Below, one piece after another: positions 36,932-45,102 of a DNA stretch of 64,000 nt. A program made the position numbers and the translations under genes. Under the pieces are notes generated by a model that ran no database searches, had not been told where the DNA came from, and was given only the letters and a program-made list of their open reading frames with translations. Each line of letters begins with the position of its first letter. Position 1 is the stretch's first letter. This DNA is from Candidatus Nanoarchaeia archaeon (GTDB lineage: Archaea > Nanobdellota > Nanobdellia > Pacearchaeales > GW2011-AR1), in contig JAQTST010000001.1 of the NCBI GenBank assembly GCA_028711165.1, positions 232,857-296,856 on the forward strand. The letters are read 5' to 3'.

Positions 36932-37497
36932 TTTATCAATTCTCCAAACGTTCTTCCTGTTATTCCTGCTGCATTTCCCTCGTCGGTATCGAGATGAAGT
37001 GATAACCTGAAATTTTCATTTGTTCTTACAATAATTTCCTGAAAGATCGTCTCTCTTTCTCCTGAAATTTTTACAGAAACTTTTTGGTTATTTTTTAATT
37101 TTAATTTTCCAGCTTCTTCAATTGAGCAATGCAAATGTCTCTTTGCGATTATGCATGGAATTTTTACCGACGATTTTGGGCCTTTAACTAAAATATTTGT
37201 CGTATTAGCCAAATCTCCTGAAACTTTTATTTTTGGCAGGGGATTTAATTTCAAATTGTAAGCGTCGGTGAGAGAAATTTCTGCCTGAGAATTTTTTCTG
37301 AACGGGCCAAGAATTCTTACATTTTCTATTTTCCTGCCTGAATTAATCAGTGTTACTTTTTCTTCAGAAGCAAATTCCCCAATCTGGGATAATTTTTTCA
37401 TAGGAGTCAGGGTTTTATTTTTTCCAAACAATTTTTCAAAATCTTTTTCTGACAAGTGAATATGCCTTGCTGAAATTTCTATTGGAATTTTTGTCAT
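36928..37497 (-). CDS. pduL: PduL-type phosphate acyltransferase (phosphotransacetylase)
   Basis: IPIEISARHIHLSEKDFEKLFG and second half-domain IPCIIAKRHLHCSIEEAGKL are the two PduL repeats. Confidence 0.7.
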   Translation of the reverse strand: MTKIPIEISARHIHLSEKDFEKLFGKNKTLTPMKKLSQIGEFASEEKVTLINSGRKIENVRILGPFRKNSQAEISLTDAYNLKLNPLPKIKVSGDLANTTNILVKGPKSSVKIPCIIAKRHLHCSIEEAGKLKLKNNQKVSVKISGERETIFQEIIVRTNENFRLSLHLDTDEGNAAGITGRTFGELIK

Positions 37498-37519
37498 ATT
37501 GTTATATAGGGGATTATCT

Positions 37520-38560
37520 TTATAAAATTTTCAGAACTTTTTCAACAGCCATTTTCTCTTCGTTGGTTTTTCTAACGAAAACTTTTACTCTTGATTTTTT
37601 TGAAGAAATAATCTCTGAACTTAATTTATTTTTTTCTCTGTCCATTTCAACCCCAAAAAATGAAAGATGACGGCAAACATCTTCTCTTAACTTTTGGACA
37701 TTTTCTCCTATCTTCGCTGTGAAAATCAGATTGTCTAAACCGTTCAGAGCAGCAATATATGAGCCAATTATTTTTGTAATCTGATAAATCAGCATATCAT
37801 AAGCAAGCCTGCAATTTTTATTCTTGTTCATCCTCGACAAAATGTCTCTGAAATCGCTGAATCCTGTGAGTCCTTTTAATCCTGATTTTTCTGTCAGCAA
37901 TTCCTGAACATTATATCCTTTTTTTTCAAGGAAGAAAATTATTCCGGGGTCTATTGTTCCTGAACGCGTTCCCATAATTAATCCTTCTGACGGCGTGAAT
38001 CCCATTGTCGTGTCGATTGGTTTTTTATTGAGAATTGCAGATATGCTTGAACCAGAACCCAGATGGCAGGTTATTGTTTTTCCTTTCAAATCTCTTGAAA
38101 CATATTCGTGAGAAAGTCCGTGAAATCCGTATCTCTGTATTTCATATTTTTTTGTTATTTCTTTTGGAATTGCATAAATTTTTGCAGCGTCGGGAATTTC
38201 TGAAAAAAACATCGTGTCGAAAACCGCGTACTGCGGTTTTTTATATTTTTCACAAAGTTCAATTACCATTAATTGTCGAGGATTATGCAGAGGAGCAAAT
38301 TCTGAGAATTCTTTTATTTTCTTTTTTGTTTCTTCGTTTATCTTCGACGGTTTTTTTAAATCACCACCATGGACTACTCTGTGTGCAATAACATCTATTC
38401 CGTCTCCGTTGATTTTTTTGAAAATTTTTTCTACAGTTCTGCTGTAATCTTCTTTTGTTTTCAGCCTCTCAAAATTTTCTGAATCTTTCAAATCTAAATC
38501 TTCGAACAGACTATATTTTATGCTCGAACTTCCGACATTAAACACCAGAATTTTTTTCAT
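37520..38560 (-). CDS. ackA: Acetate kinase
   Basis: KILVFNVGSSSIKYSLFE (N-terminal ASKHA motif) and VIAHRVVHGGD. 346 aa is somewhat short. Confidence 0.75.
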   Translation of the reverse strand: MKKILVFNVGSSSIKYSLFEDLDLKDSENFERLKTKEDYSRTVEKIFKKINGDGIDVIAHRVVHGGDLKKPSKINEETKKKIKEFSEFAPLHNPRQLMVIELCEKYKKPQYAVFDTMFFSEIPDAAKIYAIPKEITKKYEIQRYGFHGLSHEYVSRDLKGKTITCHLGSGSSISAILNKKPIDTTMGFTPSEGLIMGTRSGTIDPGIIFFLEKKGYNVQELLTEKSGLKGLTGFSDFRDILSRMNKNKNCRLAYDMLIYQITKIIGSYIAALNGLDNLIFTAKIGENVQKLREDVCRHLSFFGVEMDREKNKLSSEIISSKKSRVKVFVRKTNEEKMAVEKVLKIL

Positions 38561-38655
38561 TTTAATTCTATAATAAAGGAACTTGAGATTTTAAATTTTT
38601 AGAATAGGCAAATCTTTTAAATGAAGACGAATTGTAGATTTTGTTTGATAGAAAC

Positions 38656-38708
38656 GCCCCTGTAGTCTAAGCGTCACACAGGAATGTTCGACATAGACTT
38701 TTGGGGCA
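38656..38708 (+). pseudogene. tRNA-Glu-derived pseudo-fragment (first 14 nt and acceptor 3' end of the downstream tRNA flanking a palindromic core)
   Basis: GCCCCTGTAGTCTA...TAGACTTTTGGGGCA. The first 14 nt are identical to tRNA-Glu 5' end. Too short (53 nt) to be a tRNA. Confidence 0.4.
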
Positions 38709-38718
38709 GGAAGAATAA

Positions 38719-38944
38719 GCCCCTGTAGTCTAGAGGCCAAGGACACCACCCTCTCAAAACGCGGAAAGCGGTTTGAATGAAGATTAAAAATCTGATTTCA
38801 AAGTTATAAGAGAGGTGATCAAATCTCGATGAGAGTGGAGATCTAGCATCTCAATGCAATCTCTCGTAGAGAATAACTTCAATCGCGGACAAAATCCGCA
38901 ATTAGGGTACGGTGGTAACCCGAGTTCAAATCTCGGCGGGGGCA
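38719..38944 (+). tRNA. tRNA-Glu(CTC) interrupted by a roughly 153-nt intron (38758-38910), apparently at position 38/39
   Basis: 5' exon GCCCCTG-TA-GTCT-AGAGGCCAA-GGAC-A-CCACC-CTCTCAA; 3' exon GGTGG-TAAC-CCGAG-TTCAAAT-CTCGG-CGGGGGC-A. Acceptor, D, anticodon and T stems all pair across the two exons. Confidence 0.65.
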
Positions 38945-39171
38945 TATTATTTGAACGAGGGGAACCCGATTCAAATCCGAGAGTTTTCACGTGGGCAAGG
39001 AAAAATTTTGTTCGCTGACTTTTTAAAAAACAATTTCGTTCGTCAATCCCGCCCACCCACCCGTTTGGGAAAAATTTGTACTCACGAAATTGTTTTGTTC
39101 CATTAGAAAAAATTAGTTCTCGCAAAATTTTTGGGAGAATGAGTGGGGGCTCGAGTTAGGCGGGGGCATCC
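38945..39171. repeat. Family-A repeat copies 3' of tRNA-Glu, bounded by a direct duplication of the tRNA 3' terminus (ggcgggggcat at 38935-38945 and 39159-39169)
   Basis: cgttcgtcaatcccgcccacccacccgtttgggaaaaatttgtactcacgaaattg (39036-39092) and aattagttctcgcaaaattttt...gagtgggggctcgag. Also a T-arm-like fragment cccgattcaaatccgag. Confidence 0.7.
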
Positions 39172-39245
39172 TAATTTGTAAACAAATTCCAGCAAGCTGT
39201 CGGATGCGCGACGATTTTTTCCAAAAATCTTCGGGAGCATAATAA

Positions 39246-39770
39246 TTATTTTTTCTTTTTTCTAGAACTACCTTCTTCTGTTCTACGAAGCTTGTGGAGT
39301 TCCCATGTAATAAGAATCCCAACAATAAAAACTGCAGCAGTAAGAAGAATCAAGTAATTTCTTATCTGCCCGATTTCAGAACTTTTAACGCGGAACATAG
39401 AAGTTGCTGTCTTATTGCTGTTTATATTTACAACCAAATCATAAACCCCAGGCAAAGTTTCTTCAGGGACTTGTATAGTAGACAAAAAAGATGCTTGTGT
39501 TTCTACTGCCTTAATTTCTTTCTTATAATTAATAATTATATCTCCTTTCTTTATGTAATATTCTAAACTAATATCTTTTCTTCCTGCTTCTGCAATATTT
39601 TCAATTTGAATCTGAAAATTAAGAGTATCCCCTGCTGTAACTGTCTGGTATTTATCTGGAATTGTTATTGATACATCTAATGCTTGAACAAAAAACATCC
39701 CCAATATTATCCCAAATACCATTGAAAAAGTTAAAAGAAAAATAATCTTTGCCATTGTTTTATTATCCAT
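39246..39770 (-). CDS. Type I membrane surface protein with CARDB/Ig-like extracellular domain
   Basis: N-terminal signal-anchor; ITIPDKYQTVTAGDTLNFQIQIENIAEAGRKDISLEYY...GVYDLVVNINSN beta-sandwich pattern; C-terminal TM plus RKKKK. Confidence 0.45.
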   Translation of the reverse strand: MDNKTMAKIIFLLTFSMVFGIILGMFFVQALDVSITIPDKYQTVTAGDTLNFQIQIENIAEAGRKDISLEYYIKKGDIIINYKKEIKAVETQASFLSTIQVPEETLPGVYDLVVNINSNKTATSMFRVKSSEIGQIRNYLILLTAAVFIVGILITWELHKLRRTEEGSSRKKKK

Positions 39771-40266
39771 TTTTTTTATTTTTAATCATAGAATTTATTA
39801 CTATAAAAAAGACTATCATACTCGGGACAGTTAAGGTTAATCCTTTTATTAATTCAAGATAAAAATTATGAATAAAATAACTGACAATTTTTTCAATTAA
39901 AAACAAAATTGCAAAACCCCCCGCAGCTATATAAAGTTTATATCCTTTGGATTCAATTTTACCCCTGAAATAAATCAAATCAACTGCCCACATAATTACT
40001 ACACCGATTACTATTACAATATTTAAATAATAAGTGTCTGAAAGAAATCTTTCTGCAAAATGGATTTCTTTATGCCCGATATAGTAAAGAGAGGCAACAA
40101 CACTCCAACTAAGAGTAAAAAAAGTTAATCTTGTGAAATTTCCGTATATAATCTTTTTTGTTCTCCATCCAACGAATTCAATCCCGATGGATAATAAATT
40201 AAATATAACACTTATGAATACCGCACTTAATGAAAGAGATAATATTAACACCACATCTTCTGTCAT
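39763..40266 (-). CDS. Polytopic membrane protein (about 5 TM)
   Basis: Hydrophobicity only. Overlapping start and stop with neighbours suggests operon membership. Confidence 0.4.
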   Translation of the reverse strand: MTEDVVLILSLSLSAVFISVIFNLLSIGIEFVGWRTKKIIYGNFTRLTFFTLSWSVVASLYYIGHKEIHFAERFLSDTYYLNIVIVIGVVIMWAVDLIYFRGKIESKGYKLYIAAGGFAILFLIEKIVSYFIHNFYLELIKGLTLTVPSMIVFFIVINSMIKNKKNG

Positions 40267-40520
40267 TTCCCCTTTCCTCTTGCTAAGACAATTAAGACAG
40301 TAAGTATCGCAACGATGTATTCAATTTCTATAATTAACCAAGGAAGAGATAGATATATTTCATGTAATGCAAATGCGCTATCAAGACTTATAGCAATCCC
40401 AGCGATAAAAAACGGTATAAACTTTAAAATTCGTTTCTCTTCAATCATTGCAAAAGCAGTTTTCCACAATATAACTGTCGCAGCTATTAATTCAATTAAA
40501 ACATAAATCAAAATATTCAT
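40263..40520 (-). CDS. Small membrane protein (2-3 TM)
   Basis: Hydrophobicity only. Confidence 0.35.
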   Translation of the reverse strand: MNILIYVLIELIAATVILWKTAFAMIEEKRILKFIPFFIAGIAISLDSAFALHEIYLSLPWLIIEIEYIVAILTVLIVLARGKGK

Positions 40521-40903
40521 TTTGTATTCCTCCTAAACCCATATAGCAAACATAAAAAACCGACAAATTTGAAGAATACAATTATTGCCCAATATAAGAA
40601 ATCTAATGCAACTCCTGTCATTGCTTGATATTCCTGCATTGGAATTTCTGCAAGTTTTGTAATAGCTAAAATTATAGCCCCTGTCATAAAATATCTTTTT
40701 GTAATTTTATCTTCTATCTTAAATGAAAAACATAGCACAAATAAAGAAATTAACGCAAAAATCATATCCGGGATGTCATCAAATAATTTGGCATTCTGCC
40801 ATCCCCGGAAAAAAGAAGTCACAACAAAGAAATATGCCAGGATTAAAATTATTGATATTCCCATCCTAACCAAGCATCTACTACTAAATTTTATTTTTTT
40901 CAT
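40517..40903 (-). CDS. Membrane protein (4 TM)
   Basis: Hydrophobicity only. Confidence 0.35.
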   Translation of the reverse strand: MKKIKFSSRCLVRMGISIILILAYFFVVTSFFRGWQNAKLFDDIPDMIFALISLFVLCFSFKIEDKITKRYFMTGAIILAITKLAEIPMQEYQAMTGVALDFLYWAIIVFFKFVGFLCLLYGFRRNTK

Positions 40904-42057
40904 TCTCCTAATAAACTATTAAACCAACTTTTTAATATGTATAACCATCCTGTTTTTATTTTAAACTTTCCTTCAAATTGTTCTACTATTCCTGCATATT
41001 CAACATTTAATTTAAGTGTGTACTCTCCATCATCTAATTTTAAATTTGAAAATTGTTTTATTATTGACTGGTCTGTGTAAACTCTTATTTCTTCAGTTTC
41101 TTCATATTTTTTATTTCCGTCGCTGTCATAAACACTGTAATCTAATCGTGCAGGGACATATCTTTTCCCAAAATTCTGCAGAGTAATCCAAACGGCTAAT
41201 CTATCTGCTACACTTAATGAATTATCTTCTATGTCGAATGTAATATCAAATAATTGTTCGGGTATTGCTTCTTCTGGAGCAGGAGATTCTTCTGGTGGTG
41301 CTTCTGAAGGGATTTCTGCTGGTGTCTCGGTAGGAGTAGTAGGCTCTTCGGCAGGGGGAACTTCTTCAGGCACAATTACTGGTGATTCAATTTCTTCTTT
41401 TGCTTCTTCTATCTCTTCTTGAAAAGGATTTTCAGCAGAACAACTTTGTTCTTCAATTTCTTTAAATTCGCTACAACCTTCATTTACTCCGAAGCAATCT
41501 CTAGTTTGGAGATTATTAATACAATCCCCCCATGCACCGCATTGCCTTGAAACAGTACAAGTTGCTAAATCTTGATGGGCTTGTCCAGATGCTGCACTAT
41601 CTTTTTTTGCTTTTTCGACATTCATACAATTATCTTCCTGAGTTAGATTAGTCCTGCTGCAATCTTCATTTATAACTGTGCATACTCTTGTTTGTTTGTC
41701 ATTACTGCAACTGCTCCATTCTCCACAGGTTTTTTGGACAGAACATAACGCTCCTTTTTCTTCTTCAAACTTTAATACTTTCCATGTTTCTCCGTCGTAA
41801 AATCTTAATTTTTTAGAAACAGAATCTAAATAAATCATTCCAAAAACTGGAAGAACAGGTTCTGTACTTGGGGATAACAAAAGGAAATTCTTGATTGTGA
41901 TCTGCGGTGTTTTTATTTTTAATTCGGATTCATAAAATGGATTTCCATTTTCATCTTCGTTATAACTAAGAGAACTAGCACAGATTATTAAATTTAAAAC
42001 TAATAAAATTCCAATTCCCAGAATTATTTGCTTTTTCATTTTAGTTATAATAACCAA
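40900..42057 (-). CDS. Secreted protein with two Cys-rich repeats, acidic Pro/Glu/Thr linker and C-terminal beta domain
   Basis: Signal peptide; repeats CGEWSSCSNDKQTRVCTVINEDCS and CGAWGDCINNLQTRDCFGVNEGCS; linker PEEVPPAEEPTTPTETPAEIPSEAPPEESPAPEEAIPEQ. Confidence 0.5.
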   Translation of the reverse strand: MVIITKMKKQIILGIGILLVLNLIICASSLSYNEDENGNPFYESELKIKTPQITIKNFLLLSPSTEPVLPVFGMIYLDSVSKKLRFYDGETWKVLKFEEEKGALCSVQKTCGEWSSCSNDKQTRVCTVINEDCSRTNLTQEDNCMNVEKAKKDSAASGQAHQDLATCTVSRQCGAWGDCINNLQTRDCFGVNEGCSEFKEIEEQSCSAENPFQEEIEEAKEEIESPVIVPEEVPPAEEPTTPTETPAEIPSEAPPEESPAPEEAIPEQLFDITFDIEDNSLSVADRLAVWITLQNFGKRYVPARLDYSVYDSDGNKKYEETEEIRVYTDQSIIKQFSNLKLDDGEYTLKLNVEYAGIVEQFEGKFKIKTGWLYILKSWFNSLLGE

Positions 42058-43345
42058 TTACTGTCACTGACAAATCTGTAACTCTCTGGCTCCCTCCAGT
42101 TCCTGAATATTTAAGAACCATTAAATCCCCCTGGCTAAAATTTACATTAAAATTTAACACAGAACCTTTTGTAACTCCTTGCATGTTTACAAATGCATTT
42201 GTGTCAATAAAACTTGTTTTACTAGAAGTGCTTTTCATTAAAGTAACTTTTGAAATATCTGTTCCATCGATAGATGCTGCATTCCATAAAATTCCAGTAA
42301 CTGTCAGATTTTTATCCACTATTGTAGAAGCCGGGCTTGCAGTTATTTTTGCTGTTCCTCCTATTGAGAATGGCAGATATGAAGTTGATACAATTAAAAT
42401 TCCATCACTTGTCGACGAGAATCTTACCGGAATTTTCATATTTCCACCCGAAAGGCAATTTGTTCCGTCTGCTAAACAAACTAATTTATTGTTAGAATAA
42501 ATATTTCCTGTAACATTAATTCCGTTTTCGTCTATAATCATCCTTTCTATCATTGTATTACTTCCTCTCGCAGTTGTTTTGAATTGTATTTTTTTCCCTT
42601 GAGAATTGCCAATCCAATTTTCAGTAGCCAATATTCTTATATCCCCCTGCCCAATTCCCCCGAGAGAAAACCCGTTTGTTCCATATCCTCTTGTAGAAAT
42701 ATACCCAATAGTATCTCCTGCCAAAATTGGTTGCGGATTTGCTAAAGTTCCTCTAGCTTTTCTTAAAATAATTCCTGAACCAACTACTGTGTCATATGTA
42801 TAAGCATCTATCATTGTTCCTATATTAACAGTAGAATTTGTTTCCTGAATTATATGCAGAAATGCTAAGGGAGTTGTTTGCAATCCTATTCCAACTTTAG
42901 AAGCCTGGATTATAATCGGCACGTCATTTGTAATTAATGGAACTTTAATTTCACTTTCTACTTTTATACTCCCTGTTGTTGTTTCATTAATATCTTTTCT
43001 TAAATAATCGAAATGAGTTAATCTCCTTCTTGGAGATTGAATAGTTCCGTCAATAGAAATTTCAACAAAATAATCTTTTGTTGTGTCGCTGCAGATACTA
43101 GAAAGTCCTGTTAATTCTGTTTTCCATTGCCCCCAATATCCCGTTGAGATATTTTTTGTATAAGAACCTAATAAATTTCCACTGGTTTCAGCGTCGTAAA
43201 TATCAAATTTAAAAGTGAATGTTCCCTGTTGGAATTGTGTCCCCTTATAATATTGCCCCTGGAAAACTGAAACATCACTTGAGGCACAAATAAAATTTAT
43301 AAAAATAATTAATATTACTACACCTAAAAGAAATTTTGAATTCAT
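42041..43345 (-). CDS. Large secreted beta-rich protein (adhesin or fibre-like)
   Basis: Signal peptide; Gly/Thr/Ser/Asn-rich with no Cys clusters; segments such as ERMIIDENGINVTGNIY recall fibre and appendage proteins. No confident family. Confidence 0.4.
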   Translation of the reverse strand: MNSKFLLGVVILIIFINFICASSDVSVFQGQYYKGTQFQQGTFTFKFDIYDAETSGNLLGSYTKNISTGYWGQWKTELTGLSSICSDTTKDYFVEISIDGTIQSPRRRLTHFDYLRKDINETTTGSIKVESEIKVPLITNDVPIIIQASKVGIGLQTTPLAFLHIIQETNSTVNIGTMIDAYTYDTVVGSGIILRKARGTLANPQPILAGDTIGYISTRGYGTNGFSLGGIGQGDIRILATENWIGNSQGKKIQFKTTARGSNTMIERMIIDENGINVTGNIYSNNKLVCLADGTNCLSGGNMKIPVRFSSTSDGILIVSTSYLPFSIGGTAKITASPASTIVDKNLTVTGILWNAASIDGTDISKVTLMKSTSSKTSFIDTNAFVNMQGVTKGSVLNFNVNFSQGDLMVLKYSGTGGSQRVTDLSVTVIGYYN

Positions 43346-43989
43346 TGCCTCCCCCTTTTTATTTTGAGCACTTTCTTCTTTTTAATCCTTACTTTTTTTT
43401 GTTTTCTTTTTGTCCAAAAGAATATTTTTATAAAAATATATACAAACAGCGAAAGAACTAATATCCCTGCAATAATTGCAATTGGTAAAATTAAATTTCT
43501 ATTTCTTCCAAGAACAAGTCCTGCAAAAAGTGGCAGAAACCTTTCACAAATATCCTCATAATTATTAACATACTCTTCTGTTTTGCTGTCTGAAAAATTT
43601 ATTATATTTTTTTGATTAATCTGGGCGGTAAGTTCTTGAATCTCTTCAGATGTATAATTTCTTGTCTGTTGAGTTTTTATGTGATTTACCAGCGACTGAA
43701 AAATTATGTCACAAACCTGTTGTTTATTTGATTCTTCTGCAGTATCTTCAGAAATACAAACCCCGCAATCAATTGAACAACTATCACAGGTTTCTCCAGA
43801 ATCACAAAAATCATTTCCACAATAAATTGCCCTTCCTCCCCCAGATGGACTTGCTTGAGCGATTTCTTCCGATGACATTATAAATTCATCATTATATCCC
43901 AGTTCACCTTCAAAAAAAGTTGTTTCTGCCAAACATAGACTAGAAAAAAATAATGCGAATAAAATTACAATTAAAACTTTTTTTACCAT
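43342..43989 (-). CDS. Cys-rich surface protein with C-terminal TM anchor and polybasic tail
   Basis: Signal peptide; YCGNDFCDSGETCDSCSIDCGVC Cys knot-like motif; TM LILPIAIIAGILVLSLFVYIFI followed by KRKQKKVRIKKKK. Confidence 0.45.
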   Translation of the reverse strand: MVKKVLIVILFALFFSSLCLAETTFFEGELGYNDEFIMSSEEIAQASPSGGGRAIYCGNDFCDSGETCDSCSIDCGVCISEDTAEESNKQQVCDIIFQSLVNHIKTQQTRNYTSEEIQELTAQINQKNIINFSDSKTEEYVNNYEDICERFLPLFAGLVLGRNRNLILPIAIIAGILVLSLFVYIFIKIFFWTKRKQKKVRIKKKKVLKIKRGRQ

Positions 43990-44081
43990 ACAGCCTCTTT
44001 CTAAATCGAAGGTAATAAGAATTATAAACTTTCTGGAACAATAACTTTTAATACCTATACGATACTATTTTAACATCTAAA

Positions 44082-44154
44082 AGCCCCATAGTACAGCGGT
44101 CAAGTATATCGGCCTCTGGAGCCGGTGACCCAGGTTCGAATCCTGGTGGGGCTA
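44082..44154 (+). tRNA. tRNA-Gln(CTG)
   Basis: AGCCCCA-TA-GTAC-AGCGGTCAA-GTAT-A-TCGGC-CTCTGGA-GCCGG-TGAC-CCAGG-TTCGAAT-CCTGG-TGGGGCT-A. All stems pair. Confidence 0.8.
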
Positions 44155-44268
44155 TTTCTTTTATGGGGATGAGAACCTGAAGGTTCGACGAGCGATTTCA
44201 CGAGTGCCGAAAAATATTTTAATGCAACGAGTGGGGTCGCGAGCACTGATGGGGCTATTTCTTTTATC
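44155..44268. repeat. Roughly 85-bp family-A-related insert immediately 3' of tRNA-Gln, flanked by 18-bp direct repeats of the tRNA 3' end
   Basis: TGGGGCTATTTCTTTTAT at 44148-44165 and 44251-44268. The insert contains cggcactcgtgaaatcgctcgtcgaacc (rc) and gagtggggtcgcgag, which match modules at 17497-17515 and 17461-17480. Confidence 0.7.
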
Positions 44269-44304
44269 AGAAATATTTTTATACATCATTATTCTAATTA
44301 AATC

Positions 44305-44622
44305 ATGGAGATGTTAATGATTTTTTTTGTGATTGCAATTCTTATAGTTACTATGTGGGTGATGTTCAAATTCAGGGGATTTCAGCAAAAATTTTTAACT
44401 GTTTTTTTAATAGTCTTAATTTTATTTTCTTTTTTTAGTTTTTATCTTGCGTTCAACGGGAAAAATATTACTATAAAAAGTGTCAGTGATGTTGAGAAAC
44501 TTGGAAAACTTTATTTTTCGTGGCTTGGAAATGTTTTTAATAACATAAAAATTTTGACAACTCAGGCGATAAAAATGCGCTGGGAAGGAAACAGAACAAT
44601 AAAATCGATAAGGTTAACATAA
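44305..44622 (+). CDS. Small membrane protein
   Basis: Two TM helices at the N-terminus. Confidence 0.3.
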   Translation: MEMLMIFFVIAILIVTMWVMFKFRGFQQKFLTVFLIVLILFSFFSFYLAFNGKNITIKSVSDVEKLGKLYFSWLGNVFNNIKILTTQAIKMRWEGNRTIKSIRLT

Positions 44623-44653
44623 TATTTATAAAGCATAAGTTCCAATATATATT

Positions 44654-44944
44654 ATGACAAGAAAAAAGGGGATGAAGAAAACAGCGAGGAGAAATTTGAG
44701 AAAAAAGGGTTCTAAATACATGCAAGCGGGCGGTTTGCAGAACAAAATAAAACTTGTTATCAATAATCTTTTATTATTTGTAGCATTATCTCTCATATCA
44801 TTTGTGTTGTACAGATTTATTGAAAATAGTTTTTTGAATGATTTGTTTTTTATCATTGCAATAGTTTTTGGTTTTATTGGAGTTGGATTTTTGATAGTTC
44901 TTTTAATCTTGATGATTATGAATTTGATGTCTAAGAGAAGATAA
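44654..44944 (+). CDS. Small membrane protein with basic N-terminus
   Basis: KKGMKKTARRNLRKKG then two TM helices. Confidence 0.3.
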   Translation: MTRKKGMKKTARRNLRKKGSKYMQAGGLQNKIKLVINNLLLFVALSLISFVLYRFIENSFLNDLFFIIAIVFGFIGVGFLIVLLILMIMNLMSKRR

Positions 44945-44975
44945 TTTTTTATATACTAATTCTAAATAAATTTAT

Positions 44976-44994
44976 GCCTGCGTAGCTCACTGGG
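44976..44994 (+). pseudogene. Orphan tRNA 5' fragment (acceptor plus D-arm start)
   Basis: GCCTGCGTAGCTCACTGGG versus the tRNA-Thr 5' end GCCTGCGTAGCTCAGTCGG (16 of 19 identical). Not followed by a tRNA body. Confidence 0.5.
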
Positions 44995-45013
44995 TTTCTT
45001 AGAAAGAAACTAC

Positions 45014-45085
45014 AATGACAGAGCAAAGCTCAGCACAAATACAAAACGAGTTTTGCATAATGGTAGAAATGCTTAAAATGCATTC
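45014..45085 (+). repeat. Degenerate copy of the rpoL leader plus first codons
   Basis: atgacagagcaaagctcagcacaaatacaaaacgagttttgcataatggtagaaatgcttaaaat versus 8098-8170 atgacagaacaaagttcagcacagatacaaaatcaaggagattttgcataatggaaattaatgttcttaaat. Confidence 0.6.
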
Positions 45086-45102
45086 ATTCGCTACATATTA
45101 AA

